Shown: positions 24,995 to 38,895 of the stretch, piece after piece
Position numbering within the stretch: position 1 is the first letter of the stretch
How the letters are laid out: each line of letters opens with the position of its first letter
From: Bispira polyomma
Taxonomy: Eukaryota
Assembly (NCBI GenBank): GCA_965649765.1
Contig: OZ287750.1
Span: forward strand, 81,096,001 to 81,160,000
DNA length: 64,000 nucleotides
Direction: 5' to 3'
Notes under the pieces: generated by a model
Databases searched by the model: none
Told to the model about the DNA's origin: nothing
Seen by the model: only the letters and a program-made list of their open reading frames with translations
Position numbers and translations under genes: made by a program

Positions 24995-27676
24995 CTGCAA
25001 AAATAGCATCGGTAAAATATAGCCATTATTAAATATAGGGGGCAGCAAGTTTATATACCTTTGGAAAAGGCTCAAGTTTCCTGTTATAAGTAATTCATTC
25101 TTGGCGATATTCTCGAACATTCTCAGACAGTCATATTATTTTCAGAATGTTCTTCAGTTTCTAAATAATCAAAATTAAGAATAAAAATATTGTTGGTACT
25201 TTTATAAGTAACGAAATATTCCCAGGGTTGACATTTAGTCACAAACATTCTTTAGAGTAAATACAATATTTTATATATATCTTTAGCCAATACAATTGTT
25301 GAGACAAAATTTGAGGCTAAGAATCTTTGTGAATATCAGCCATGTTTTTATTAGTGTATATGAGTAAACATCTGGCTTGGAAATACTTTATTTCTTATAA
25401 GAATATTGTTTACGATAGATTATACAGGTGTACATCTTTGGATTTGTACTGAATATTAAATAGCACTAACTGGTGAATTGGAGACTTAAGCAAGGCTAGT
25501 TATTTTTTATGCAGACATGGAGTTAAGTACTAAATGTTGACTACTGTGGTGGTGAGCTTTTTCCAGTATTCCCCATTTACTTGGTTTTAGGGTAATATCA
25601 CAACAGATACTTTATAGTTATGGAAGTGACGTAATCTGTATTTCGAAGTAGGTCAATATTAACATTATTATAGAATACCCAAAGAAATTGCAGCCAAACT
25701 CTTTTCTAAATATTATTTTAAAAGTTCGTAAAATGTATAACAGTTTAGGACATATAACTTTTTATTGTGTCGACGTATTACACGTAATTATGTGTTTGAC
25801 TATTTTACAATTTGCTATTTGTTTATCTGCCCCAATAATGTGACTCCCAGAAGTCCTGGAAACTTTTCATGTGCAAAATCAGGTATATCACAACAAATGT
25901 TTACAACTAATATAAATGTGTATGCAAATACCAAACACTACAATGTAATTTGTGGTGCATGTACTTTTAGTGCACAGTGCACAACATTTTTTTACAAAAA
26001 CGCCAATCCTAGTATTATTGTATTAAAACCTAGTATATTCTTATAACAAAGAACAAAAAGAGATAATGCTATGTATATATAAATGGAGGTGTGGGGGGAC
26101 TGTAAACAACTGATTTATCACTGTTATAAATTGTTTCCAAGGGCAACTTACATTTGACTAAAAAACAGTTTATAAACTCATTGAACAGTTATAGTAAATA
26201 TATGCAAAACAATATCATCATATTCAAATAAGGTCCAATGGTTTTTTTTTCCTTTGTGAAGCTTATATGTATATATGTACATTTGCATAAATCTGAATAC
26301 GACTCAATGCTTATGATATTCACACTTTAATCTCAGTAAGTGTGGTGGGGGGAGGGGGTCTCTATCTTTAAGTAAAAGGTCAATAAACACAACTGTAGTT
26401 TGTGATGATGAAGATGGTTGATAAGCCCCTTCATTACACTAGTCATAAGACCCACTTCTATTATCTTGCTGACCCCTTGTTGAATCTGGCTATTTATTTC
26501 TTTATTTATGCAATGTCACTCTATATTCTTTTTTTTATTAATAAATATTATCTCTGTGTGGTACAAAATTTCAGATGATAAAACATCTTAAATATGAAGT
26601 AGGACTTGTTTTCAAATAGATTCAGTGCTACATCTATGTAAATCTATTTATAAAAGATCATTTCTATGTACTTTGTTTTTATTTCTTTGACATTGTCCTT
26701 GTAAGAACACAAGGGGAAAAACTGGAAAGATCTAAAAATAAACAACTATAAATATTGCCAAAATGTGCCAAATATTCAGCCAAGGTTTAAATGACAGACT
26801 GGGTAATTTACACTTCAAATCCAGGCATTCAAAATTCTCACTAGCTGGTATTCTCAATTTGAGATTTATTTTTCTTAACAAGAAAAATTTTAATATGATT
26901 TTTTGGTTGATGAACATTGAGTCTTCATTATAATACTTATTTTTCTATAAGTTTAAGGTTCCCCCAGTGTAAATTGAAAATTTTTAACAGATATATCAAA
27001 CGTGGGAAACATACCGCATGTTTTATTTGTCACTGTGATATTCATATGAAAGTGTAGGTAAATCCAGTTTAGTCACAAATAAAAATCTGAACTGAAACAG
27101 TTCTAAGTAGACCAGGATTGCTTACCACATCATTTTATAAACGGTCCCATTTTACACTGCTTTTTTTAAACATATGGTGCAACAGTACATATTTCTCCTG
27201 ATTTAGTATTTAGCAGAACATATGAATTGTAAATTTTAAAGTTTATTGTTGTAGGTATTTGTTATTACTTAAAATAAGCTCATGTTGAAACAGCCTTAAG
27301 TTGTTGAAGCTGATTGTGCATAAGTAAGTTTATTGCAACAAAACTTAAACCACAACCTTAAACCTGATTTTTTATGTCAACATTTTAGGGTAGACAATAC
27401 ATTTTCAGGTGCTTTATAACCGTTGAATGAGTATTAATAATAAAAAAATACTTACCCTAATCCATCTCCTAATTAAAGGTTAAATAAATTGCCTTAGAAA
27501 CATTAATCTGGTTCCAACTTATATAAGATGGATATTCTAAGCATATTACTGCAATTAAACTCGCTTACAATTACACGGCAAATGGTCAAATTTCCAACCC
27601 ACCAAGCCACAAGGTCACTAGTGTACAAAATACTACCCCAACTACCTATATTTTGGACGCCAGGGCAAGCACTTAC

Positions 27677-27882
27677 CGTGAGTACCAGCTCACAAGCCGA
27701 TTGGACAGTGACGTCCGCCGTCGTCTTGATGTGTAGTCCGGAACTCTCCTCTGAAGCACCTGCCATTGACGTCACAGTCTCCGTCTCGTACTCGAAACGG
27801 TATGTCCTGCCAGCCTCATAGCCAAACTTGACGGTAGGAACACATGTGGTCGAACAGGTGCTGTCTTCGAACCCGATGGGCC
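27677..27882 (-). CDS. LLTP exon 2 (GPIGFEDSTCSTTC...ACELVLT)
   Basis: CAG acceptor, GTAAGT donor, 206 nt, start of the vitellogenin-N domain. Confidence 0.92.
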
Positions 27883-29481
27883 CTGTAAATGGATAAGGAA
27901 AGGGTAGTAGGGTGTTATAGTCTTACTTAAAATACAGAAGGCAGTATTCACTGAAGATTTTGCTTAAGATTTGTGGTCTTTGATTTTGGCCGAAATGGTT
28001 AAAGTTTTTGGTCTTAGTCCCACTGAGAGAAAGAAAAGATCAGTGTTGACTTTATTCTTAACACTAAAACCAACAGTAGGCAGTCTAAAATATTTTTAGA
28101 CATCAATGTCAAGCTTAAGACAAAGTCAAGACTAGGACCTTTTGTCAATACAGCCCTAGTAATGATACCATTGCTTACAGTAGTGACACTGTCTTATTGT
28201 TCTAACTATAAACTCATCGCATTGCTGTATTCAAATTTATACTCATCACATTTATCTTCCTTTATATGTAGTTGAAAGTGTAAATTACCCCCTTTTCATA
28301 GTTTCACAAGTAGAGCCAATCAGCACCAGTAATAGTCACCCCCCCCCCCCCTCTTATTTAAGAGAGAGATAGTCTTTGGGGATGACCATTTATCAACGTC
28401 CCCAAAGCTTCTTTAACCTGTCACTTGGTTGATAGAACCAAGGGTGACAGAGGGACACCATTTATAAGTGGTCATTATTATTATTTATATTATTTATTTG
28501 AGCCACTATATATCCTCATGTACCTGATTACTCCAGGCTGAGATTGAACCAAGGCCCTCTTTATTCCTAAGCAAGTGTATTACCCACTATTTGTTTTTGC
28601 ATGTTCTCATATAAAGGTCCCCAGATTGTTACTTTTATACTTCCAAAATATACATACACAGAACACTAGAGAATAGAAGAACAAAAGCTCTAAAACCAAG
28701 CTTTTCTATAACTGCTCTAAACTAAAATCAGTTATATTAATTTTAAAACCAGACCCAAATATTATAATCAAGGTAGATTTTGAGGTGATGGTAACAACAT
28801 TTGCTATTACACAGCAATTATGTGGTTTTTAAGCATTGTCATCTTAAATCTAAAAGTATGACAAAGTCAATAATCTTATCAGTATCATCTATTATTCACC
28901 ACAACTTGAACCAGCTATTTATGTTAAACATAAAATATATATAAATATCTCTGTAACAAGTTAAAGTTAATAGATCCTCTTACTTATACACATATATACA
29001 CTACACTATATATACTCCAATAAAAACTAAGTACCAAGTCAACTGATTTAAATTAGTCTAATTATTAGTATCATTCATTATTCATTAATACATTCAAACA
29101 ATATATAATGACGTTAAACTAGTATGTATCTTAGCAAGTTAATTTACTTTGTTTATTACAGAAAGATCTCTTAACTTATATGTATTACTACTTAATATAT
29201 TTTCCAATGAAAATATAAGTAGCAACATAATTAAAACAACAGTAAATTATGACCAAGTCAATATTAACTTATTAGTAATCAGTCAATCATCCATTTTAAG
29301 CAAATTCAATCGATAATTATGTTAAACTAGTTCGAGTTAAGCCAATAAACTCAGATCACTTTGATTACAAAAATATCAATATTTTGATTTTGTTGAGAGA
29401 AAATGAAAATTTTACTGAAATTTACTTAATAAAAATTAAAACTAGAACTCACTTTACCCAAAACAAACTTTAACAACTTAC

Positions 29482-29533
29482 CGGCGTGTATCCCCGCCGC
29501 AAGGGCGAGGATTAATAGAGCTCTAATTCTCAT
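29482..29533 (-). CDS. LLTP exon 1 (signal peptide MRIRALLILALAAGIHA)
   Basis: ATG at 29533, hydrophobic leader, GTAAG donor; phase 1 matches exon 2. Confidence 0.88.
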
Positions 29534-29681
29534 CCTTTTCTAGTTACACTTCTTGTTTTTCCTTTTGCCGCTTTGAATATTTTGTCTATATATTAACGTG
29601 TATGTGTTCCTGCCTGTTTTTTGGCGGCTCTCTCTATTACACCTCAACGTTATACTAGCTCAACAATCCTGACAGACCTGC

Positions 29682-29775
29682 TTATATACACAACCACAGC
29701 AAAGCTATCAGCCAATAGAATTAGGAAGGTGGTGGTCCACCCCCCCCCCCCTCCCTCCCTTTTGTTTTTTGATAA
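29682..29775 (-). promoter_or_regulatory. Putative core promoter of the LLTP gene
   Basis: TATATAA on the minus strand at 29682-29688 (about 150 nt upstream of the ATG), GATA sites at 29705-29710 and 29770-29775, CCAAT at 29712-29716, and a C/G-rich tract near 29737-29760. Confidence 0.6.
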
Positions 29776-30809
29776 TCGTGAGTAGAAGCACTTGAAATAT
29801 CTTTGTCAGCGAAAATTTACAAATGTCATATGGTGTTGTTGTTGGTGACTTCTAGCTGTAAAAAGGTATTTTTTTTTTTTATTTACATTGTTTGTTGATA
29901 TGTTGACTGCATCCTGTAATCACTTCAAGTAGGCCGGTGTGCATTGTTTTCTGCTGACCATAGGTTGGTATTGTCTTTATACAACTGATAACAGAACCCT
30001 GGCTGGGTGTGTAAATACAATCAATCTATAATCCAGATAGGTAGGTAACCATTAAGTTTAGTGAGATCTTAATTTTTAATAAGCATTTTATTGGTAAAAA
30101 CTATGTCTTAAAAAATCCAAAAAAAATAGGTTAGTTTGTCCAATATATTATAATGGTAGCATCAGATTTATTGATAGAAAATATTCTTGAAATCTAGTTG
30201 TATCTAAAAAGTGCAAATATATTCAAAATGGATCAAAAAAATGTATAATGATGAGACAAACCATGTTTTTTATAGTTAGCTGCAGTCTTTAAGGGTAACC
30301 TTAAACCAGTGCTTTTAACTATGTGGTTCACATGCCCCATGTTTTTGAAGGTGACCACTAAATTGAACGATTGCTATGGAAGTTTTACCAAAGATAGTTA
30401 TATGATATATATTACATCTAAATAGTGAAATCATCTTCTGCTATTGCACAGCAATTGTGGTTTCTAGTGTAATAATGGCGATACACGAGTATATAATTGG
30501 GCTAGCCTTGTCTAAGGCTCATACTTGATGTGGACACTAATTCCAAATATATATACAGTTAAATATGTAGCATAATGTACTCACAAACATTTTCTTACCC
30601 CCTTAATACCCTGTACACCACCAACATCCTTCCTTATGACCGTGATTATTTTTTTTGGACTTCTCAATTGGTTTATTGATCCAGTTGATGTGCTTTAGAA
30701 GACGACTTGCATCAATAAGGCGCATTAAAAATGCTTAAAATACAAAAAATATTCTTTCATAACAATAAATTATTTACTTTTTGACAGAACCTGTTAGGAA
30801 TTTTGTTGG

Positions 30810-31044
30810 AATTTAGTTGTTTGTTTTTTCATCAATTTAAACAGCTTAGGTCATATCGCGGCGGCCAGATTTCAATGGTGGAAGAAACCAATGCTGAAGC
30901 ACACTGTAAACCGACCCGCCCAGGGCAAGTACCTAACCAACTGTCCAACATGAAGGTATAAGTGGGGATTGGAAGACCAACATAGGTAAGAGGCCAATGA
31001 TACGTGAAACAAGTGCCTCTAACCAACTAGGCCACTGCAGACTC
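30810..31044 (-). mobile_element. Older diverged SINE related to family A
   Basis: Shares the GGTCGGTTTACAGTG...GATATGACCTAAGCTG core and a tRNA-like head with copies at about 37610, 38690, 39820 and 49790. Ends are approximate. Confidence 0.7.
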
Positions 31045-31994
31045 AAAATTTGTTAGAAATGTTCTGTCAAATGCAAATATTTAATACTCTTTGTACAGGA
31101 TGTTATGCACTTTTTCTTACAGCCTGTGTCCTCTTCTCTAAACCATATACGTCGGTGTTGAAGTACGATTACCACCAGTTGAAACATATATGGGCTGTAA
31201 ATTTATAAGTTATACTTCATAAACCTGACATGTCCATCAGACATTTACCAGTCAGAAATGTTTCCTTTTAAAAGTAGATCTATTGATATTGTATAATAAC
31301 CTGACTAACTAAAGCAATATAACAATATTTGTATCCTAATTTAAATAATAAAATATTATAGGTTGCAACTAAAACTGAAAACAATCCTTCATTTTTAGAG
31401 AAAACTACGGCAAACAGTCTTTCTAAGGCTCACTGTATATAATAACTTAAATTTGTCATGTAAGTGCTTTAATCATACACATAAAGTACATACACCATTT
31501 ATATTACCACAAGCACATTACACATGGTTATGTAGTGCTAATGGCTAACATTTATTAAATGTTGTAACTTTTTTCAATAAATTACATGATGGTTACATTT
31601 TTTGAAAACTAAGTATTGGTGAGGTAGGTGGATGGGGATTATACCTAATATAGTTTTCCATATTTAATAAAAATCAAATTCATGCTAATGATAATATATA
31701 GACAAATGTGCCAATGTTGAAAATGCATTGTATATGTAATATATTTTTAACACACTATTCATTTTTTAAAGCCCAACATCAAAATCAGGAAAGAAGGACA
31801 AAGCATAGCCAAATCCACATGGTATGGTGTGTGGCCACCAAACAACATATTATGGGTAAGCAACAAAAAACTGTTAGTTGGGTCTGAGCTTAGCAGCATG
31901 CAGGTCAGCCACTGAGACGGCCATAGATTGGTGGTTCCTTCTTTTGGCAGGAGACAACAAAGTCTCACATAATGAAGGTACAGTCCATTCAAAA

Positions 31995-32425
31995 CTATCA
32001 ATGCAAGGTCATTTTCGTCACCATTTTTAAAGTTGTTGGCTCACAAAAACCCTCATACCTTGCTAGTCGTCTTTCCTTTAGTAACCTTAAAAGGGGAAAG
32101 AGACTTTCTGTTTCATAGCAAAACCTACCCAGAGGGCTGGCTCTAGAGCTTTCTATAGAGCTTTCTGACCCTATGTTATAGAAAAGTCTCCCAGTTGAGC
32201 TTAGATCACAAGAAACACTTTCTGAGTTTAGGTGAAAACTTAAAACCCATCTCTTCAAACTTGCTTGCCCACATTCATTCCTCGCCCTCTGCACCACCAC
32301 ATACTTCCTTACAACCTTGGCTATGTTTTGTGGACTTTTCGTGATTGGTAAATAAATTCTGTTGTTGCACTTCAGAAGATGCCTTGCAACAATAAGGCAC
32401 ATTACAAATGCAAAATACGATACAA
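31995..32425 (+). mobile_element. L2/CR1-clade LINE 3' fragment
   Basis: Decayed ORF2 end (LKTHLFK) and a 3' UTR shared with the 42410, 56420 and about 30580-30750 copies. Confidence 0.75.
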
Positions 32426-34695
32426 TTCACCAGCTTGACAATGTCATTTGCACAGTATATATATCTAATTATAGGTTTAAACTTAGGTAAGGACTTATTT
32501 TTTGACTGAACAGTTTCTAAATTATAGGTGAAGCATAAACAAGGTTGTCCATAGACACAATTCATATCCCTTGAGCAATCATTCATTTGACTTATTTCTA
32601 ATGTCTTAGGCTGTATTCGTGAAGGCCATATTCATTGATGGAGAAAACTGGTACCATGGAGTGGGACTCAATATCGGTAGTGTGTATTTATTGATTTTTA
32701 GTTTAACGTTGCCTCCAAAAATACAGATCTTTTTATGGTTCCAAATTTATGACAGCATGTTTGCTGTGAATTCTAGGGAAACGTCTCCGCTTAATCATTT
32801 TAGTCAAAAAGTTACTGGAAATTGTTTGTACACATGTATTCTTGCATTTCAGAACATTCAGATTCTTATAATTACCTATTAAATATCTAAGTACTGAATT
32901 TAGTTTAATTGTAATACAAATTGCCCATAGTATGCTAAATAAGGGGGGTGTTCATTAACCATAATGCATCGCATGCACTCAGTGACTCGTATCTGTAAAA
33001 AGGTCTATGAGGAACTGTTGCAGTTTGCTGGTAGATGACTGCAGAACAGGTAAGTTGGTCAAGCTTTTTTCTGTAAACCACTGGCCTTCAACAAGTCCAC
33101 TGCAACCTATCCACTAGACACGACAGTGCGAATAATTCAAGCCCTGACTGTAGAAAGGTTGGAAGGGAGCATGTTACCTCTACACCACCAATAACACCTA
33201 TATTTATACATCAGTTACTTCCCAGGCATACTTTCTCACTTGGGATTACGAATCACTCTCCACAGAAGTGGAAAAAAGAGATGATTGTAAAGCTTGCAGC
33301 CAAAAGCACAAATCTTTAACATAACATGTTATTTGTTATAAGTGCTAAGGCTTCAGGATGGCCGTTTATTAATGTCCCTAAAGATATTTAGCCTGTAACT
33401 GGAGATAGAACTCAGGGATAGAGGACCACCACTTCAAGTGGTCATCCAAGCCACTAGGCATATGCTTGTTCACTTGTTGTCCAAGGATGTTATCTCACCA
33501 TATGAAACTAGTGGCAGGTACCAGAAATCGAACCTGACCACCAGACCAACTCCTTAACCACTAGACTATGGAGATCACAATACAACCGGGAATCACAAAT
33601 ATTAAGTTTTTGGTACTCTGGCATCTTGGCGAAGGCCTGCACTCCACTGAGTACTGTCCTGGTATTGGGTGTGTTAAAAGACGACTTTTATTCAATTCAT
33701 AGTTTTTTTTAAGATATCCTTCTGCACGAAATATTAAGTTAAAATTGAACTTTTTGTTACAAATTTGAGTATTATTTTAAGTTCTAGTAGTATAACAATC
33801 TATTTTAGATGTCATTCTAAAGGAGATACCACCTGTATTCAGCAATATCATCGGTAATATAATAATATCGAGCCCCCCCCCATTTTTCGCAGTACTATTG
33901 GTTTCTTGATACATGAAGTTGTATATATCATGACCAACTGTCTACAAAGAATAATATGCTGCTGGTTTTTTTATATGGACATGTTTGACTCTCTTGGTTA
34001 CACACACAGGGTGTATACAGAATTCAGCCTTATCCAGGCTACATAGCAGTTTAAATAATATATATATTTATGTAATTTATACAGTAGACTGACAAGGCAG
34101 TCAGTCTTGTGACTCACACTTTAATAGTTTGTTGTTTTTTGTTTTTTTTTGGGGGGGGGAACACAGTTACTGTTACAGACTTGTACAAACCTTTAAAAGT
34201 CTTGTGTAGTTAGAAATATAAATAAGCTTTTTTAGTATGACAACAGTTGTTAGGTTAAAACTTGATCAGTTTTGGTGAAGCAGCTTTTCTACACAATGTA
34301 ACAGTACGCATTTTACTGGTTTAGTTTCTAAGAAGCAATTACATAAATGGATACATGTATATAAAAGGACATGTGTATATTACTTTAGATGACCTCTACC
34401 AAGGAAGAGCACTAATAGCTTGTTCTTTCAACTACTACTTGGCAACAATGTGACTTTTGGTAGTTTAAAAAAAAAATATGATATGATGTCAGTCCTGCTT
34501 TTGTAACTGTGTGACTGTTACTAAAAATAAAAGAATAGCACTAAGTTTATATATAAAAGTTTCAAACCATACTTGGTACCTCTGCAGAATTATTTTCTTA
34601 TCTGAATTAAAAACCATTAGTGGGCTAAACATTAGAAGCCATATTATAAAGCAGTTGGGGGGAATACAAGAAATCTTCTAGGTAGCACTCAATGC

Positions 34696-35401
34696 TAGAA
34701 GGGCACTTAGTAGAGTGCATCCCTCCGACAAGACGCCACATTTCCAAAAGATGAAAAAACAAAACACATTGCTGGAATTGCCCTTTTATCTAGATCTGTT
34801 AAAAAAATTAATGGATTCTTCCAAGGCCCTGATGACGCGCCACCCCTTCAACAATCGATTTACTGATTTTAAAATTTATATAATAATAATAATTGAAACA
34901 TTTATGAAACACTAAATTAATGAAAACAAACTCTAAAGTGCTGATATCCAGAAAGGCAAAAAGGGAAACTCCAGGGGCAAGCAAAATGTTGTTACCAGCT
35001 AGCATCCACCAAGGAAAGTGTGACTAATAAGGGGTAGCCCAGTCTGAAACTAGTAGTTTTATACAGTGATCTGACAGTGTGTGGGAGTTTGTACCATTCA
35101 ACAGGAGTTGCAACAGCAAAGCAGTGCCTACCAATTTTTCTGTTCGGTCGGATTAAGGAAACGGAGAAGCGGTTTCCCCCGGGTGAGGACTAATAAGCAA
35201 GTTAGTTGAGTTTGATAGCTTTGAACACAAGAAGGTTGTGTTTAAAAAGAATGTGCTGTTTGACAGATAGCCAGTGGAGTTTGTTTTGGTATGGTGAGAC
35301 ATGGTAATTTGACATTTTTAATTTATGTGTAATTCGGGTGCCAAACAAACAAATAGACCAATGGCCACGTGCAAAAACACAACCTCCTTGTTGGAGGTAA
35401 T
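34696..35401. mobile_element. Helentron-type non-autonomous element hosting an L2 fragment
   Basis: AGAAGGGCACTTAGTAGAGTGCATCCCTCCGACAAG start; (AAAC)n and AACCTCCTTGTTGGAGGTAA hairpin end. Confidence 0.55.
34880..35200 (-). mobile_element. L2-clade LINE 3' fragment (same family as 53300)
   Basis: CCAGGGGCAAGCAAAA and GCTGATATCCA blocks shared with the 40445 copy; (ATT)n tail. Confidence 0.7.
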
Positions 35402-37609
35402 CATGTTAACATATGTAATGTATGCTATGGCTGTTGTTGTCTGAACTGGGCTAGAAAGGCAAGGGGTCAACGGTTTTGTCCCATAAATCTCACAATATAA
35501 GTTAATATATACCAGTTATGTGGCATTTTGGGTACTGTGTTTATTCAAGATAAAAGATAGCTAGGCCATTTTAAAGCAATGTGAGATTAATGCTCCCTTA
35601 CATTATATATTACTCAGAGATTAAGGCCAACCTAGGTAAGTGTATTATCCAAAATATTTCTGTAATGTCTGCAAAAACTAAAAGTTGACCTTGGCAAACA
35701 TTTTAGTAATTTAACATTTTTAACAATTGATTGCAATTTATTCTTCTAATTAGCAATATTTTAAAGTATTGTTGCAAAAACTGAAAATTGAGCTTGATTA
35801 AACTTCAAATAATTCAAAATTTTTAACAATTTATTTTTAAAATTAGCTTAAAAATTTGATGCCAAATTTATACTAATATAAGAGTGTATCATTTTAAAAT
35901 CGTATGAAAGTCTTATCTTATATGTATGATAAAAAAAACCCATTATTGCGTATAATCCATAAGTCCATTTAATAAGTACTTAAATTATTTAAGATGGATA
36001 GAAATATACTAATAAATAAATTAAGTGTTCCTAGACCTTACATGTAAGGACTGATGCCACTTTGGTACTGTTAACTCGATGGAAAATTAGCCTGTTTTTT
36101 TAATTTTTTTTTATTACTACACATAACATGCCATTGTCAAAAGTCCCAAAAAATGACCTACTATATTTACACACAGTGAATTTGTTGTAAAGAAAATATG
36201 CACAGAAAAAAAAGATCTGGCTTAAAAAATGACCGATTTTACAAATTTATTTAACTTAAAATTTATAGTTTATACAAAAAAACCTATGTTTTATACTTTT
36301 TAAGAAGTCAAAATACAAGTTGTCCCATATACATATGATGTATGATTTGAGGATATCCAGGCAATGACAAGTAAATACAGCATTTCTTTTTGTCCTGGTT
36401 ATTGACGAGTGAGATTTATGATGTGGTCAAAGTTTAGAATGCATAACTGAGATCTAAGTATACATATATCGACCACTGATGTGTGATAATGGTCTCAACT
36501 TAAGATAGACACCCTGAGCAAACAATGGTTTGAGGTTGTATTTTTTAAATCGTTAAAAAAACATTTCTGTTTTCAAGTTTTTTTGTTACTGTTGGCCTAG
36601 TAGGTAACACTTGGTTAGAAGTGTAAAGGACCTGGGTTCAATCCCAGCCTGGGGCACCAAGGTACTGGCAGAAACATATTGGCTCAGATGATCGCTGAAA
36701 ATGGGGCTCCTCTGCCAATGGGTCCTGTCACCAGTGCCAGACTAATGAAGCTTGAGAAAAAGTTTAAAAAATGGGCATCCTAAAGAGTTTGTCTTTGTTA
36801 GGGAAATGCCAGTTACTAATTCTGGGTGGCTGTGCTTGACACTCAAGAAAATGTAGTTCTTTAAATACCAACCAAAGGTAAATCAATGTGGTGAGTATAA
36901 ATTTGAATAGTTCCACTGTGGTCTGTTCTGTAATTGTATCGTATATTTCAAAACATTTACGGATTGTTACTATACCTCCAGCAATTACTATGGAATTGGG
37001 CAGTGGCACGGTAATTTGATGTTTGTTTGATGCAGTTTACTGAGCCAGTGACCAAATGGCTGTATCAATATGAATACTTGACCTAAAATATTCGGTGCAA
37101 CAACCGAATCAATCAACTGATCATGTGTCTTACAGCATTGCCTGGGTCGTCATAAAAAAGCAATGACGTGGTCACATCTCACCAAGGAATGTTAACCCAC
37201 TATTAAACCTAGCGACATAGCAGGAATCGAAGCGAAGACCTTGCTATCACCAGACCAACTCCCCGCTAGGAGTTGATCCGGGGATCTTCTGATTACCAGA
37301 CAAACTTCCTAGCCACTAGGCCACGGGTGACCGCATTACGTATTTTAACACACATAGAACCTTAGTTCTATCCCAGGTAGGACATGATGCGTTCTTATAG
37401 GATGACTATACATAAAATGGTATAACTCTGTTACAGAATGGCCTATCCTCAGTGGTTCAATTTAATTTTTTTTAATTTAAATTGTCAACTTGTATATGAA
37501 AAATATACGAATGGCTACAGTAATCAATTGTTGGGGATATAACTGACAACTAAAATCACAGGTGGTCTACTCTAATCGGACTTTTAAGTGCCTAATCTCC
37601 ATGCTGGTA

Positions 37610-37835
37610 GAGGGCCACAGTGGATTAGTTGGTTAGAAGCGCCTGCTTCACAATCACTGGCCTATTACCAATGTGGGGTCAAATCCTGTTTGTTCCCTTA
37701 TGTGGGAAGTTAGTCTGGTACTTGCCATAGGGCGGTGGTTTACAGTGGCTTCAGCACTGGATTATTCCACCATTAAATCGGGTTGTCGTGATATACCTAT
37801 GCTATTATAAGCGATGTGTACCTCAGATAAACTCA
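37610..37835 (+). mobile_element. Older diverged SINE related to family A
   Basis: GGCCACAGTGGATTAGTTGGTTAG head, CTTCACAATCACTGG, TATGTGGGAAG and GGCGGTGGTTTACAGTG core. Confidence 0.75.
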
Positions 37836-38691
37836 AAATCACATGTTAGCGGATTCAAAGGCACAACAAACCAAATATCACTGATCCCAAATCATACGGA
37901 AATCAAACAGAAGGTTTCATTATAACTATGGAGATACTAGGAAAGAATACTGTTAGGGATGATATGCTTGGTCAAACAAGAAGGTTTTAAGTTTTTCTTC
38001 TTAAACAGGAGGGATATTGTTAAAGGGGTAGCATTATCCTGGGACAGGCATTTAATGTATTTATAGTAATGATAATTATTATCTGCCAGTTATTTGGTAT
38101 TTGATATATTACTGTAGCATTCAGAACAAATTAGTTTTTTTTTCAAAAATGAACCCAGCCTCATTTATAAACGAGTACAATAGTGTCACTTGGTACTTGG
38201 AGTTTGTCAAGCTACACAAAAACAACACAGCCCTGTATTACAAATTAGAATACTAGATATAGAAAGACTCATAAAGTTAAAGGGATGGCTTTGTTTTATT
38301 GTCTTTGGTATTGAAAACAGCAAAAGTCAAAGTTTGTAGTTAAAGTGTTTATCATAGTTTATCACAATTAAACTACACCCAGTTTATGGATAACTTGATC
38401 ATAAACAGACATAACGTTTTTGATGTCTCGTTTATGTTGATTCACATATTAATTAATCTATGAATAAATAGAAACAGTAGATACTTCAATATTCAGCAAT
38501 ATATTTACGTTATCTTGTTTACAGTGTGATGTTTACATTGTTAAATTGTATGTAAATTGATTAGAATAGCAATCATTTGAATGAATACGATATATAAAAA
38601 CTTGTTATTCAGTTTTAGTAAATTTAGTGTGGTTATTTATTTTTAAAAGAAGGCCTTTTGAACTATAGCGCTAAACTTTGATAAAAGTTTT

Positions 38692-38895
38692 TTCAGTGGC
38701 CTTTTGGTTAGAAATGCCTGGTTTACAATCATCTGTTTTACTCCTTTGGCATGTATTCCTTTGGCAAGTTAGGCAGGTACTTGATGTAGGTCGGTGGTTT
38801 ACAAGTGTTACAGCACTGGTTTATTTCAGAATTGAATCTGGCCGTCAGGATAAATTACCTAAGCTGATTAAAGCGACATAAAACCCAAATAAATA
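38692..38895 (+). mobile_element. Older diverged SINE related to family A
   Basis: Degenerate head and GGTCGGTGGTTTAC...ACCTAAGCTG...TAAAACCCAAAT core and tail. Confidence 0.65.

Larger units (their letters stand above)
1..29533 (-). other. Gene span (3'-incomplete) of a giant apolipophorin/apoB-type large lipid transfer protein: signal peptide, vitellogenin-N/LLT module, then a very long beta-repeat region; at least 5181 aa in 19 exons
   Basis: All 18 introns are GT-AG and phases join with no stop (CDS sum 15544 nt). LLT motifs seen: FGYEAGRTYRFEYET, WVVNFKRGILSAFQ, ETDVSGEC, LKAIGNVG, DSELRIAAYL, NQVGSFIWTHL, FSRNYE, SFLPRSAMLNLTVDMFG, EVGGRMEGVE. Confidence 0.93.
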
